From IMG/VR virus record IMGVR_UViG_3300050821_002957, positions 1-64,000 of that record: 64,000 nt of DNA; one strand, given 5' to 3'. The position numbers and the translations under genes are program-made. This document shows positions 52,381 to 61,640 of this stretch, piece by piece. The notes beneath the pieces are model-generated. The model was given only the letters and a program-made list of their open reading frames with translations, ran no database searches and was not told the DNA's origin. The number at the start of each line of letters is the position of its first letter. Within the stretch, counting starts at the first letter, position 1.

Positions 52381-53427
52381 TTAACTGGTGATATCAATTC
52401 CAAATTGTGCTATGTTCAAATCCACCAAGTCCCACGGTACGTTGCCATTTGGATTGTTCTCCCAAATTTTTCCCGCCCAAGTATAAGTCGAATAACATGG
52501 CACCGATGTACCTTGGTAGTTGGTCGAGGCAGTTCTGAGCAACGGAGCAATTTGTCGATTACCTACGTCGTCTTTTCGGAATGACAAATTCTCTTGAACC
52601 GCAAAAATGGTTCCTGAAATCGTAAAATTTCCAATTGAATAGAGATCAACTGCGCCAACCGTGCCGCTATAGTTGTAGACACCGTGCTCTGCATAATCAG
52701 TCGGAGTTGTGTTGACATTGGCCGAATTGTTAGTGCCAACCGAAGGAAAGAAATCATTTTCAAAACCATCGGCATCTGGGTATTGCGTCTGTACTCTGAC
52801 TTCTCCCAAAAAATCTACATTATTCGTTGCGTCTGTTGTATCGATGATGTAAAGATCGTCAATCGAAATATTAGTGCTAAAGGATTGAAGCGAACTGAGG
52901 GCAATCTTGTTTGTAGAGGCATTGGTGCTTTTTTGGGTTTGTACGCCGGTCACCGTAATCTGTGGCGTTCCAGCTACGTTAATTTGAAAGCTGCCGGGAT
53001 TTCCAATTTGCATCTTTACTTCGATATAAAACCATAGAGTAAGAGGCGGAACGAAACCTGAATCACCAAGTGTCGAATCACCGAGATTTTGTCCTAACTC
53101 CTGACGTACTGTGATTGTGTTCGTTGTGGGATCAACCCAAAGCGAACACTGTGGAGTTGTACCATCAAAGAAAGCAAGAAATGGCTTGTTAATTCCACTG
53201 AAATTTGCTACATTCATTGCGAAACCAACAATCACTTCACTTGAGCTAGTAAAAGTTTTGGTTGTCGGAGAATAACCGCCAGTTACACCACCACTAGGCA
53301 ACAAGCCTTGACCTCCAAAACGCCCACCTGTGACAAGACCGCCCGAACCTTGATCCCACTTGCGGCCACCAGGACCAAAACCAGCACTATTGTAAAAATC
53401 GAAACCATCAAAAAAGATAATTGACAT
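52381..53427 (-). CDS. Virion protein, paralog family B
   Basis: MSIIFFDGFD, WFYIEV, DDLY...LGEVRVQTQYP. Confidence 0.75.
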   Translation of the reverse strand: MSIIFFDGFDFYNSAGFGPGGRKWDQGSGGLVTGGRFGGQGLLPSGGVTGGYSPTTKTFTSSSEVIVGFAMNVANFSGINKPFLAFFDGTTPQCSLWVDPTTNTITVRQELGQNLGDSTLGDSGFVPPLTLWFYIEVKMQIGNPGSFQINVAGTPQITVTGVQTQKSTNASTNKIALSSLQSFSTNISIDDLYIIDTTDATNNVDFLGEVRVQTQYPDADGFENDFFPSVGTNNSANVNTTPTDYAEHGVYNYSGTVGAVDLYSIGNFTISGTIFAVQENLSFRKDDVGNRQIAPLLRTASTNYQGTSVPCYSTYTWAGKIWENNPNGNVPWDLVDLNIAQFGIDITS

Positions 53428-53430
53428 TGA

Positions 53431-54456
53431 TCACCCCACGATCTTAATTCCGGCGAAGCTGGCGTTCAACTCAGTGTTGGTCCATGTTCCCGCTGTGTTG
53501 GGATTTTGCTGCCATAATGTTTGTGCAACGCTATATTGACTTAAACAGGTCACTGAGCTACCCAAATATGTCGTGCTACCTGTATTAATAAGCGGAGCGA
53601 TGACACGAGAACCTACGTCATCCTTTCTTTGTGTACAGTTTACCTGGACACCATAAATTGTTCCTGTTAGTGCCAGGGTTCCCATCGTATAGTTGTCGAT
53701 GTTACCAACTACTGCCGAACGGATATAAGTTGCATCGTCATCGGCTACTGGACTATCATCGACAGCTTGATAGTTGCTCCCTGCTCCAAAGGCAGTAAAA
53801 TCATTCTCATTACCGTTTGCTGTAGGATACTGCGTCTGGATTCGACATTCACCCAAGAAATCTGTATTGAACGATCCTGTGTCATTTAGAACGTACAGAT
53901 CATCGATCATGAATTCAAAAGCGCCACTACTACCGAACGGTTGAAGGCGAATCGAATTGACATAATTGTTGCCAGTGTATTTTGTGTTGAGACCTGTGGC
54001 GTTTAAATAAGTTGAACCATTGAGGCGAATCTGAACGTAGCCACTGGAATTATTAATGAACACTTTGATTTCCATATAGTTCCAGAAACCAAACGTAAAT
54101 AGACCAGGAAGGCTCGTCGCAATGGTTGTACCGTTTCTTGTGACCTGAAAACCGGCATCACTAGTCACTCGAACATCTACTTGCGTAATCGGACTACTTG
54201 GACTGCCTGTTCCATCACCAAAAACGATAATAGGATTCGTCGGATCACCATATGCCAACGAAAAAGCTACACCCAAAACCACAGTCGATGAATTAGCGAT
54301 TGGTGTGGCAAGATACCCAGGTTGATTGTTCCAACCATATCCCATTCCACCAAAACGTCCAGGCACAATGCTAAGACCATTTTGGTAATAAGGCCAGACA
54401 CGCTGGACTTGTGATTGATTATAGTAATCGAATCCTGTCATGAATAGAAGAGACAT
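53431..54456 (-). CDS. Virion protein, paralog family B
   Basis: MSLLFMTGFD, WNYMEI, DDLY...LGECRIQTQYP. Confidence 0.75.
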   Translation of the reverse strand: MSLLFMTGFDYYNQSQVQRVWPYYQNGLSIVPGRFGGMGYGWNNQPGYLATPIANSSTVVLGVAFSLAYGDPTNPIIVFGDGTGSPSSPITQVDVRVTSDAGFQVTRNGTTIATSLPGLFTFGFWNYMEIKVFINNSSGYVQIRLNGSTYLNATGLNTKYTGNNYVNSIRLQPFGSSGAFEFMIDDLYVLNDTGSFNTDFLGECRIQTQYPTANGNENDFTAFGAGSNYQAVDDSPVADDDATYIRSAVVGNIDNYTMGTLALTGTIYGVQVNCTQRKDDVGSRVIAPLINTGSTTYLGSSVTCLSQYSVAQTLWQQNPNTAGTWTNTELNASFAGIKIVG

Positions 54457-54457
54457 G

Positions 54458-55519
54458 TTAGCTCCCTAATGCAAAGTCACGATGAATGTTAAATTTGATC
54501 GAAATCATCTCTGCATCGGCGGCAGCAGTATCGCCTGCACTTCTTGCAAATTTGAAGAAAAATTCATCACCCGGCTGCAAACTACCCAAGAACAACGGAG
54601 TGATACGACTCTTTACAATTGTGTCTGCTACACCAGGGACCGTAGTCGTAATTGAGGCGATGCTACCAAATGTAAAATCGTCAGTGCTTCCCGGCGAAAT
54701 ATATCCAGTCTGGCATTGCCATGTGACTGTTCCTGTCGTTGCTGCTGTGCGCCAATAAATGTCGAGTGATACTGTATCTCCTACCCAGTCATCCGGCCAA
54801 TAAAAGTGATCTTGAACCCAATAGTTGTTTCCAGCCGTGAAAGCAGCGACCGCATAAATTTCACCGTTCGTGCCTGTATAAGGAACAGCGTTCGGGGCAT
54901 TTGTCAGACCAAAAGAGAAACCTAGAACTGCATTGGACCCCTGAAAGATTGCACCCTTGTAAAAGACCGGATAGTTAATGTTGCCAGTCGCAGGCTCAAT
55001 GCTAGTGATTCGACCAGTGGCATCTACGGTGATTGTATCGAATCGATTGAATCCACCATAGGTTCCGGCTGTGACTCCGTTCGGCTTCAGATACAAATTG
55101 GAAAACAATCCGCCGATGGTCGATCCACCTGCCTGATCGTTCTGCATGACAACGTTTCCAAAGTTCGCACCAAGACCAGCTTCAATCGCTTTGATTTCTG
55201 CGGCGATTTGATTGTGATGATAGGCCAACACGTAGCCCTTTACCGGAGCGTTTTGACCGTGGCTTGTGGGAGAAGTAAGATTATAACCACGAGTGCAACT
55301 CATCATGACGTTGCCAGAAATAGATCCTACAAGAATAATTTCGGTGTCAATCTGGACAAGACATGGAGCATTGTACTTCGTGCCATCGACAACAGTAAAC
55401 TGTGTCTGGGAGCCATCAATCGAGAACGTCAGATAACTAAGCGCACGATTAGCTGCGACAGTCAAGTTAATATCAGCGGCAACACCAGCAGGGAAAATTG
55501 GATTTTGTGGATTTGGCAT
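54458..55519 (-). CDS. Virion protein, paralog family F
   Basis: PCLVQIDTEII..CTRG..H..YHHNQ shared with 40749..41726. Confidence 0.7.
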   Translation of the reverse strand: MPNPQNPIFPAGVAADINLTVAANRALSYLTFSIDGSQTQFTVVDGTKYNAPCLVQIDTEIILVGSISGNVMMSCTRGYNLTSPTSHGQNAPVKGYVLAYHHNQIAAEIKAIEAGLGANFGNVVMQNDQAGGSTIGGLFSNLYLKPNGVTAGTYGGFNRFDTITVDATGRITSIEPATGNINYPVFYKGAIFQGSNAVLGFSFGLTNAPNAVPYTGTNGEIYAVAAFTAGNNYWVQDHFYWPDDWVGDTVSLDIYWRTAATTGTVTWQCQTGYISPGSTDDFTFGSIASITTTVPGVADTIVKSRITPLFLGSLQPGDEFFFKFARSAGDTAAADAEMISIKFNIHRDFALGS

Positions 55520-55521
55520 TT

Positions 55522-56019
55522 TTATTCTTCATCCGTATTTAGGGTCTCTGAAGTAACGTCAATGACCCGAAGAGCATCTTTCAAAGCTCCGTTAGCATTC
55601 AGTTCTTTCATCTGCTTCAATAATTCTCCGGTCGAACCGATAAATACAGCATTATTCTGCGTAATAGTATCTCCACCCGACTTCCCAGATTCACGTTCAA
55701 TCTCTTTCTTGGTTTTCCGTAGACCAATCAGAGCCAAAGCAGTATCTCGGGCTTCTTTTTGTGCCATTGCTGCTGCTTCGACAGACCTAGAGTCCTGTTT
55801 TTCTTTGGCAAAAAAATTGGCATTATCTACCAATTCATTTCCCTTTTCTACTAGATTGTGAAGTGTGCGACGAGCGACATCAAAATCGTATTCCATGTCC
55901 TTGTCGTCATTGCCGGTAGAGACAACTTCAGCAGGTTGGACGGTTACAATCTCTTGTGAGGCTGGCGAAGGTTCCAAATTAAAAGTGGCATCAAGTTTTT
56001 CATTCACTGTTGGTTTCAT
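55522..56019 (-). CDS. g16: Terminase small subunit (T4 gp16 family)
   Basis: DFDVARRTLHNLVEKG, NNAVFIGSTGELLKQM. Confidence 0.85.
   Translation of the reverse strand: MKPTVNEKLDATFNLEPSPASQEIVTVQPAEVVSTGNDDKDMEYDFDVARRTLHNLVEKGNELVDNANFFAKEKQDSRSVEAAAMAQKEARDTALALIGLRKTKKEIERESGKSGGDTITQNNAVFIGSTGELLKQMKELNANGALKDALRVIDVTSETLNTDEE
55536..55542 (-). promoter_or_regulatory. Late promoter CTAAATA
   Basis: Within g16 3' end, upstream of 54458..55519. Confidence 0.6.
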
Positions 56020-56021
56020 AA

Positions 56022-56495
56022 TTACATTGGTCTGATCTGGACCGTAACTTCTAAAACTCCTGCTGAGAGCGTGCTTAACAAAGCTCCTGTGCTCGTGAAG
56101 TATGCAGCCAAATCATGTGCTCCGTTAAAATATAATCCTGTCACCGGGGCGAATGATTCACTTTCTCCCAGACTCAAATTATTTGCGGGAGGGCCGGATT
56201 GTGAAAATGCTGTCGGTGTGACAAACTGAGTTAGTTCCATCGACAAGCCATAATAATTCAAATTTGAAAGAATCGTGTTAGGAACGAATGCTGCCAAAGT
56301 GACCGTTAGACTAGAAAGTCCAGCGGCAGCGAACGAGGTAAGCAGGCGCATATTTGTTCCACAGACCACGTAGTTAATGGGTAGACCAACGATCAGAAAT
56401 GAAAAAGTATTTTGAGGCGTCGAAAGGGCTGTGTACGGAATATTCGTCTTGTATTCGATGATCTCGTTAGGAGGTACTGTAGGAAGAGTTATCAT
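56022..56495 (-). CDS. Virion protein, paralog family D
   Basis: GLPINYVVCG...AHDL; start at ATGA overlap 56495. Confidence 0.7.
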   Translation of the reverse strand: MITLPTVPPNEIIEYKTNIPYTALSTPQNTFSFLIVGLPINYVVCGTNMRLLTSFAAAGLSSLTVTLAAFVPNTILSNLNYYGLSMELTQFVTPTAFSQSGPPANNLSLGESESFAPVTGLYFNGAHDLAAYFTSTGALLSTLSAGVLEVTVQIRPM

Positions 56496-56992
56496 AATGC
56501 TGTATATTGAGTCGTAATCTCGACCACCCCACCAGAGACTTGAGAAATATTTGGGCCACCTGCTACCATGACTCTTGCAATTACGTCGTGTGCATCCAAT
56601 CTTTGTGGAAGGCACAATGCACTATTGATGGTAGTATTCGATCCCGGAGTAGCGAGACTAAACCAACGAAAAGACCCATATTCATAGCTATCGCCTGAAC
56701 CACTAGGAACCGTAAGCAGACCGCTGCCATACAAATTATTGACATTGGTTACATAAGGTGATCCTGAAAGCGGAAGGTTATTCGACTCTCCCACATAAAT
56801 CGTCACATTATTGGTTGTGCCTGCATCGAAATTTTCCAAAGTTACAATTTTTACGCCTAAGACAATATGATTTGCTGGGATACCAAACAACAAAAAATCC
56901 TGAAACAAATTTGTCGATGTAAAGTTTGTTCCCTGTGAAAGAACAACTTTGTGCGTATAGACTGTCGAGTGACCTAGTACAGGTAAGTTCAT
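56492..56992 (-). CDS. Virion protein, paralog family D
   Basis: GIPANHIVLG...AHDV; ATGA overlap. Confidence 0.7.
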   Translation of the reverse strand: MNLPVLGHSTVYTHKVVLSQGTNFTSTNLFQDFLLFGIPANHIVLGVKIVTLENFDAGTTNNVTIYVGESNNLPLSGSPYVTNVNNLYGSGLLTVPSGSGDSYEYGSFRWFSLATPGSNTTINSALCLPQRLDAHDVIARVMVAGGPNISQVSGGVVEITTQYTAL

Positions 56993-57438
56993 ACTGATCT
57001 CCATAGAACGGTGATCAATATCTCACCGGCTGTCAATGACGCTAACTGAGCACCAAAGGTATTTACGGTCGCTGTGACATCATGTGGATTTTCTGTATAA
57101 GAAGAAAATGGCGTCCAATACATGAAAGTTTTAGGACTCACCGTCTGAACGAGACCAAAAGCTGGTGCATAATAGTTTGCAACTGACGTAGAAGCGATAT
57201 TGTCGGTCGCTCCGATAGTCACGTTAGCAGAACTTAGACCGGACCCTGCAAATTCAGTGACAAGTTTAACCATCACACCGACGACAACAGATTGAGCAGG
57301 AAGTCCAAAAATCGTATACGACTGTGTAGTGGCTGTGGCCGTGAAACTTACAGGCGCAGGCGGATTTTGGCGCAGAACATAATCAAACCTCTGCGTATTG
57401 CCCGGAATTCTCGAAATAGTTTGTGTTGTCGTAGGCAT
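56989..57438 (-). CDS. Virion protein, paralog family D
   Basis: GLPAQSVVVG...PHDV. Confidence 0.7.
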   Translation of the reverse strand: MPTTTQTISRIPGNTQRFDYVLRQNPPAPVSFTATATTQSYTIFGLPAQSVVVGVMVKLVTEFAGSGLSSANVTIGATDNIASTSVANYYAPAFGLVQTVSPKTFMYWTPFSSYTENPHDVTATVNTFGAQLASLTAGEILITVLWRSV

Positions 57439-57444
57439 GAAATC

Positions 57445-57789
57445 TTAGCTTGTCTCCAGAGTTGCCAGAACGAGTTCAAGAGCTTGATACGTTCCGCACT
57501 GTGCTCTGATTTTGTCACCTGGAGAAAGAACAATTTTTCCAGTTAAGACGCCGATGGAACTTTGCGCCGGGACAGGAACTTGATAGGCAAGCCTCGTCAC
57601 TGCGTTTCCATTACTAGAATCTGTCCATAAAACTGTGATTACGTCTGCACGGCTGGTTACGTTTGCGACTTGAATCGTCATGACAACCGAAGCTGTTACG
57701 TTACCGGCTGTGTTTGTAGACGGGCATGTATAGACATCGGTAAGTGAAACATTGCAGATTTGGCCTGCATTTACAAAGGTATTTGGCAT
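57445..57789 (-). CDS. Putative virion protein
   Basis: 114 aa; VYTCP...IQVANVT...KIVLSPGDKIRA. Confidence 0.65.
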   Translation of the reverse strand: MPNTFVNAGQICNVSLTDVYTCPSTNTAGNVTASVVMTIQVANVTSRADVITVLWTDSSNGNAVTRLAYQVPVPAQSSIGVLTGKIVLSPGDKIRAQCGTYQALELVLATLETS

Positions 57790-57811
57790 GTGTTTTGAGT
57801 CCTCTTTCTTT

Positions 57812-58234
57812 TTACGATAGTGCCGTGATTAAAGCGACAGTATCACTTAGCATCTCATTGATGAATGTCGATGAGATCGCAAATTCTGTTCTTGATGCTC
57901 CTGGGTTGTCAGTCAAAGTAAAATCTGTGCTGAAGTTAATAGTGTTTTCAGCCGGAAGGGGAACAGTATTTGATTCAATCGTCTGAATTCCACCAGACTC
58001 AGACAAAGCATTAAGTTTAGTTTTGTCGCTAGTAGACATGAATCCCGGAGTCATCGTGGTTGCATTGGGGTGCGTATGAACTTTTAGAGCCAACGGTACG
58101 CCACCAGCCGTTACGCCATCACCAATTACCGCTGTGGTTGCTACAGTGTCAACAACAAGTTCTCCTAGTTCGAGTACGAGCGTTGAGAGTTGGGTTGTCG
58201 TGAACCTTCTTTTTCTTACAACTTGATTGGACAT
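57812..58234 (-). CDS. Mtd_N-type domain protein (third family E paralog)
   Basis: RRFTT..GELVVDT..IGDGVTAGG; HTHPNAT..GF.S..DKTKL shared with 39088..40749. Confidence 0.7.
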   Translation of the reverse strand: MSNQVVRKRRFTTTQLSTLVLELGELVVDTVATTAVIGDGVTAGGVPLALKVHTHPNATTMTPGFMSTSDKTKLNALSESGGIQTIESNTVPLPAENTINFSTDFTLTDNPGASRTEFAISSTFINEMLSDTVALITALS

Positions 58235-58247
58235 ATTTTTCCTTTCC

Positions 58248-58254
58248 TATTTAG
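58248..58254 (-). promoter_or_regulatory. Late promoter CTAAATA
   Basis: Contains TAA stop of g15. Confidence 0.65.
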
Positions 58255-59303
58255 GGATTGAGCACGAGAGTAACTGAATTATTTTGTCGTGGATCTTGAA
58301 CCGAAACAAACGTGATCGTAATAGTCTCCTGGGTGGCTCTAATACCCGTTCCAGCGGTGTACCTGAACGTGTTATGAACCGAATCTATGGAGTATGTATC
58401 GTTGCCAGATTGGGTCGTTGTTGGAACATCTGCCGTAAAAGCGATATTCGTTGCATTGACGATAGTGATCTGAAAAACCTGCGACTGACCGCCCGACAAA
58501 GTAACTGTCGAAGGTGTGACCAAAACAAGAACAGTAGTTTCTGTGATCGATGTCGTTCCATCTATAACAGCTATTGCATCTGAATTTGGTGGGTAAGCGA
58601 TAATTGTCTGTGAAGGAAGCGATGCACCTTGAGTTGCTGTACCACCATCCACATTGAAACGAATCTGAGTCTCAAGGTTTACCATTGTCATCTTGACTGG
58701 AGGGTAGAGATACGCCTTCGCCGTAAAATTTAGAGTCCATGTAATCATTCGACGATCAAACTGCCCTTCATAGTTGTCTTCCTGAACAATGTTGCCGCCA
58801 AAAAGAAGAACGATGTCTTTTTCTAGATTTAACGCTGGCATATCGTTCACATGGATCGTATAGTCTGGTGTGAAAAATGGAACGATCTGCTCGACAATCT
58901 GAAGACCATCTTCAAACGTCTTTGTCATGATATGGAGATCAATTCCGATGTTGTACGGAACTGGGTTGTACTGAGCGTTCAAGACACCACGATTCCCCAT
59001 GATGGCCTGAACGGTTCGACCAGTACTCGTGATTTTGCGGGAGGGATCGTACTGATAGCTTGTGATTTCATAACTCATGCGTGGCAAAATCATTTCAGGC
59101 TGGTCATTTACTCCAGGCATTGGGTTCTGCGTATTACGAATGAACCATTTTTCCTTCGGCCCGTATTCACACGGAACCTCAATAGTCTGGTAGACCGTTC
59201 CATCAGCATTCATTCTGGCAATATGAAGATCAGAAAAGACCACACCGAAAGACTCGACAATCTTTCGGATACTTCCCCAATAAAATGGTGCATTCTGTAG
59301 CAT
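58251..59303 (-). CDS. g15: Tail sheath stabilizer/terminator (T4 gp15 family) with C-terminal Ig-like extension
   Basis: FY..SIRK.V..FG..F, VP..YGPKEK, LPRMSYEI, PVPYNI, QIVEQI.PFFTP. Confidence 0.93.
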   Translation of the reverse strand: MLQNAPFYWGSIRKIVESFGVVFSDLHIARMNADGTVYQTIEVPCEYGPKEKWFIRNTQNPMPGVNDQPEMILPRMSYEITSYQYDPSRKITSTGRTVQAIMGNRGVLNAQYNPVPYNIGIDLHIMTKTFEDGLQIVEQIVPFFTPDYTIHVNDMPALNLEKDIVLLFGGNIVQEDNYEGQFDRRMITWTLNFTAKAYLYPPVKMTMVNLETQIRFNVDGGTATQGASLPSQTIIAYPPNSDAIAVIDGTTSITETTVLVLVTPSTVTLSGGQSQVFQITIVNATNIAFTADVPTTTQSGNDTYSIDSVHNTFRYTAGTGIRATQETITITFVSVQDPRQNNSVTLVLNP

Positions 59304-60037
59304 TAGATCGGGTCTCCAAAAATATTCTTCTCAGTCGTACTGGTCTGCGGTGTGGAACCTGACGGAGGATTAAGATTTACCGTCGATTTGTCAGTAAGGT
59401 TTGTCGTCGCTCTAGTCTTGAGTGTGTTATTGTCGGCCAGCGGATCGTTCGCCACACTATCAATATTTTCAAAGACTGACTGGACGGCATCGATTGCAGG
59501 CACGCCCGTCGAAAACTTTTCGCTAGAGTAGTCAAACTTCTGGACATCGACACGCCAAATGTAACGATAGCCAACCTGATAGAACACGCTTTCATGTTCC
59601 GTAAAATTGATTTGGAAGAGATCGTTAGTCAGTGGCAAATAAATCAAGCTGCCTTCCATCGGTCTCTGTTCTGGTAAAGTGTAATTCGTGATCGGGACGT
59701 TGTTGAAGCCGTCTGATTTCGTCGCTTGATTAAATCTACGTCTCGACACGATGAAATTTGCTGTCTCACGCATTTCAAGACCAAACTTACTGATCATGTA
59801 ACGGTCGCCGCCAAAACCTTCAGACGGATTGTCAAAGTACATCTCGATTGGGAAAGAAGTTTTGAACGTGACGAGAGGATCTTCACCGAACACTGGATCA
59901 AGTTTCCCTGGAGTGCGAGGAATGTAATAGACCTTCATTCCGTTGATTCGGATCGCTTCGACAATCAAATCTTCGACTAGACGTTGTTCGCCCTTGCCGC
60001 CGAGCGTATTGAAGTAGTGGTTGACATTTCTCGCCAT
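59303..60037 (-). CDS. g14: Neck protein (T4 gp14 family)
   Basis: EQRLVEDLIVEAIRING..VYYIPR, DP.FGED, SKFGLE.R, RPMEG.LIY.P. Confidence 0.93.
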   Translation of the reverse strand: MARNVNHYFNTLGGKGEQRLVEDLIVEAIRINGMKVYYIPRTPGKLDPVFGEDPLVTFKTSFPIEMYFDNPSEGFGGDRYMISKFGLEMRETANFIVSRRRFNQATKSDGFNNVPITNYTLPEQRPMEGSLIYLPLTNDLFQINFTEHESVFYQVGYRYIWRVDVQKFDYSSEKFSTGVPAIDAVQSVFENIDSVANDPLADNNTLKTRATTNLTDKSTVNLNPPSGSTPQTSTTEKNIFGDPI

Positions 60038-60043
60038 ATCTGC

Positions 60044-60050
60044 TATTTAG
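60044..60050 (-). promoter_or_regulatory. Late promoter CTAAATA
   Basis: 6 nt before g14 ATG. Confidence 0.7.
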
Positions 60051-60054
60051 AGAT

Positions 60055-60597
60055 ATGAACAAAATTCAAATGAGCAAATTTTTGTCGTATGTGTTACGGC
60101 ATAAACCAGATTCCATCGGCATCGTCCTGGACAAAGCCGGATGGATCGATATTGATGAATTGATTGAAAAAAGTATTGCAGATGGCAAAGCCTTGGACCG
60201 CCTGTTACTTTACGATATCGTGGCTGAAGACAACAAACAGCGCTACGCCATCAGCGAGGACGGAAAACGGATTCGAGCAAACCAGGGGCACTCTGTAGAA
60301 GTCGATCTGGAATTAAAAGCTGCGATTCCTCCTGTCAAATTGTTCCACGGCACCTATGTGGAAGCGGTCGATACGATCCTAAAACAGGGATTGAAAAAAA
60401 TGAAGCGCCACCACGTTCATTTGTCTGCCGATCCTGAAACAGCGGGAAAAGTGGGAAGTCGGCGAGGAAAAGCCGTTGTACTTGAAATCAACACCAAAGA
60501 TATGGTGAAACGAGGCATCAAGTTCTTCATTACGGCAAACGGGGTATGGCTCACAGATTTTGTCGATCCTGAATTCATTTCAGTTCCAACAACTTAG
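60055..60597 (+). CDS. kptA: RNA 2'-phosphotransferase (KptA/Tpt1)
   Basis: SKFLSYVLRH.P, KQRY, IRANQGHS, FHGT, RHHVHLS. Confidence 0.95.
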   Translation: MNKIQMSKFLSYVLRHKPDSIGIVLDKAGWIDIDELIEKSIADGKALDRLLLYDIVAEDNKQRYAISEDGKRIRANQGHSVEVDLELKAAIPPVKLFHGTYVEAVDTILKQGLKKMKRHHVHLSADPETAGKVGSRRGKAVVLEINTKDMVKRGIKFFITANGVWLTDFVDPEFISVPTT

Positions 60598-60629
60598 AGC
60601 CTTCCCCGAAAAAATTTTTACAAAAAGTG

Positions 60630-60658
60630 TTGACTTGATACATCAATCTTGCTAGGAT
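60630..60658 (+). promoter_or_regulatory. Ku promoter with palindrome variant in the spacer
   Basis: TTGACT-17 nt-TAGGAT; TTGATACATCAA at 60635-60646. Confidence 0.75.
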
Positions 60659-60664
60659 GGGTTC

Positions 60665-61585
60665 ATGGCAACGCATACTAAACCATCCACTCCCGATACG
60701 AACGCTGCTTCTTACCGAGCGTTCAAAACTGTAACCCTTAGCCTGAACGGTATCACCACTTTCCCGGCCAAACTGATTTCTGCGACGAGCGAAGAAAAGT
60801 CTCCCTTCCGACTCTGCGTAGTAAAGGACGGCAAGGCGCTTCCGGTCAGCCAGTTTTACACCGCAGACAACAAGGAATATTTTCCCATCGGCCAACTTGG
60901 TCGTGCAATTGAAATGGGGGAATCTCTAATTCCTCTGACTGCTGAGGAAATCTCCAGCACGAAAAAAATCGACGAAGAAGATGTGGATCACGCCAAGAAA
61001 TCTTTGATCGAACTGACGAGCTTCGTACCGTTGGCGCAGGTTGATCCGGTGTTTTTCCTCAATGGTTACGTAATTCTGCCGAATTTGGACACAAAGGGCA
61101 AAGGCAATCCTCAGGCGGCGAATCTGTATCACATTCTGCTGCGTGCCCTGCTCAAGTCTGGGCGTGTCGGTGTCGCCAAGATGTACGACCGTGATCGTGA
61201 GTACAACATCATCGTTCGTCCAAGCACCGATGGCAAACGGTTGATGCTCCATACGATCTACACCAGCAATGAAGTGCGTGTGATTGATGTTCCTTCTCCC
61301 ACCGTCATTGTGGATGAAATGCTAGTTGACCAGGGTGTCGAACTAATTTCCCTGAATTTTTCCAACTTCGATGCCACGTCGGTGTTTTCTCAGACGGACA
61401 ACGCTGTTGCTTCTCTCGTCGCTCGCAAGAAAGCCGAAGCGAATGGCGAGACGGTTCCCGATACCCCTCACAAGACTTCGACTACCAACGTCGGCAGTTC
61501 TTTGCTGGATTCGTTGACGGCTTCCGTGAACATGGCGAAGGCGAAGAAAGCCACGCCTGCCACCACCACTACAGCGTCGGCGTAG
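60665..61585 (+). CDS. ku: Ku (NHEJ DNA end-binding) homolog
   Basis: LSLNGI..FPAKL.SAT, IEL.SFVP...VDP.FF...Y...P, Y..L..AL..SGRVG.AK...R.REY...VRP, LMLHTIY..NEVR. Confidence 0.88.
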   Translation: MATHTKPSTPDTNAASYRAFKTVTLSLNGITTFPAKLISATSEEKSPFRLCVVKDGKALPVSQFYTADNKEYFPIGQLGRAIEMGESLIPLTAEEISSTKKIDEEDVDHAKKSLIELTSFVPLAQVDPVFFLNGYVILPNLDTKGKGNPQAANLYHILLRALLKSGRVGVAKMYDRDREYNIIVRPSTDGKRLMLHTIYTSNEVRVIDVPSPTVIVDEMLVDQGVELISLNFSNFDATSVFSQTDNAVASLVARKKAEANGETVPDTPHKTSTTNVGSSLLDSLTASVNMAKAKKATPATTTTASA

Positions 61586-61611
61586 TTTTTTCTCTCTCCT
61601 GTTTTGAAAAG

Positions 61612-61640
61612 AAGCGGCCCCTAAAAAAGGCCGCTTTTTT
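61612..61640 (+). terminator. Rho-independent terminator after ku
   Basis: AAGCGGCC/GGCCGCTT followed by TTTT. Confidence 0.85.

Noticed and set aside
37725-58234. Diversity-generating retroelement suggested by Mtd_N-like domains
   Set aside because: No reverse transcriptase or avd gene and no near-identical TR/VR pair differing at adenines was seen; Mtd_N-type domains are common fibre anchors.
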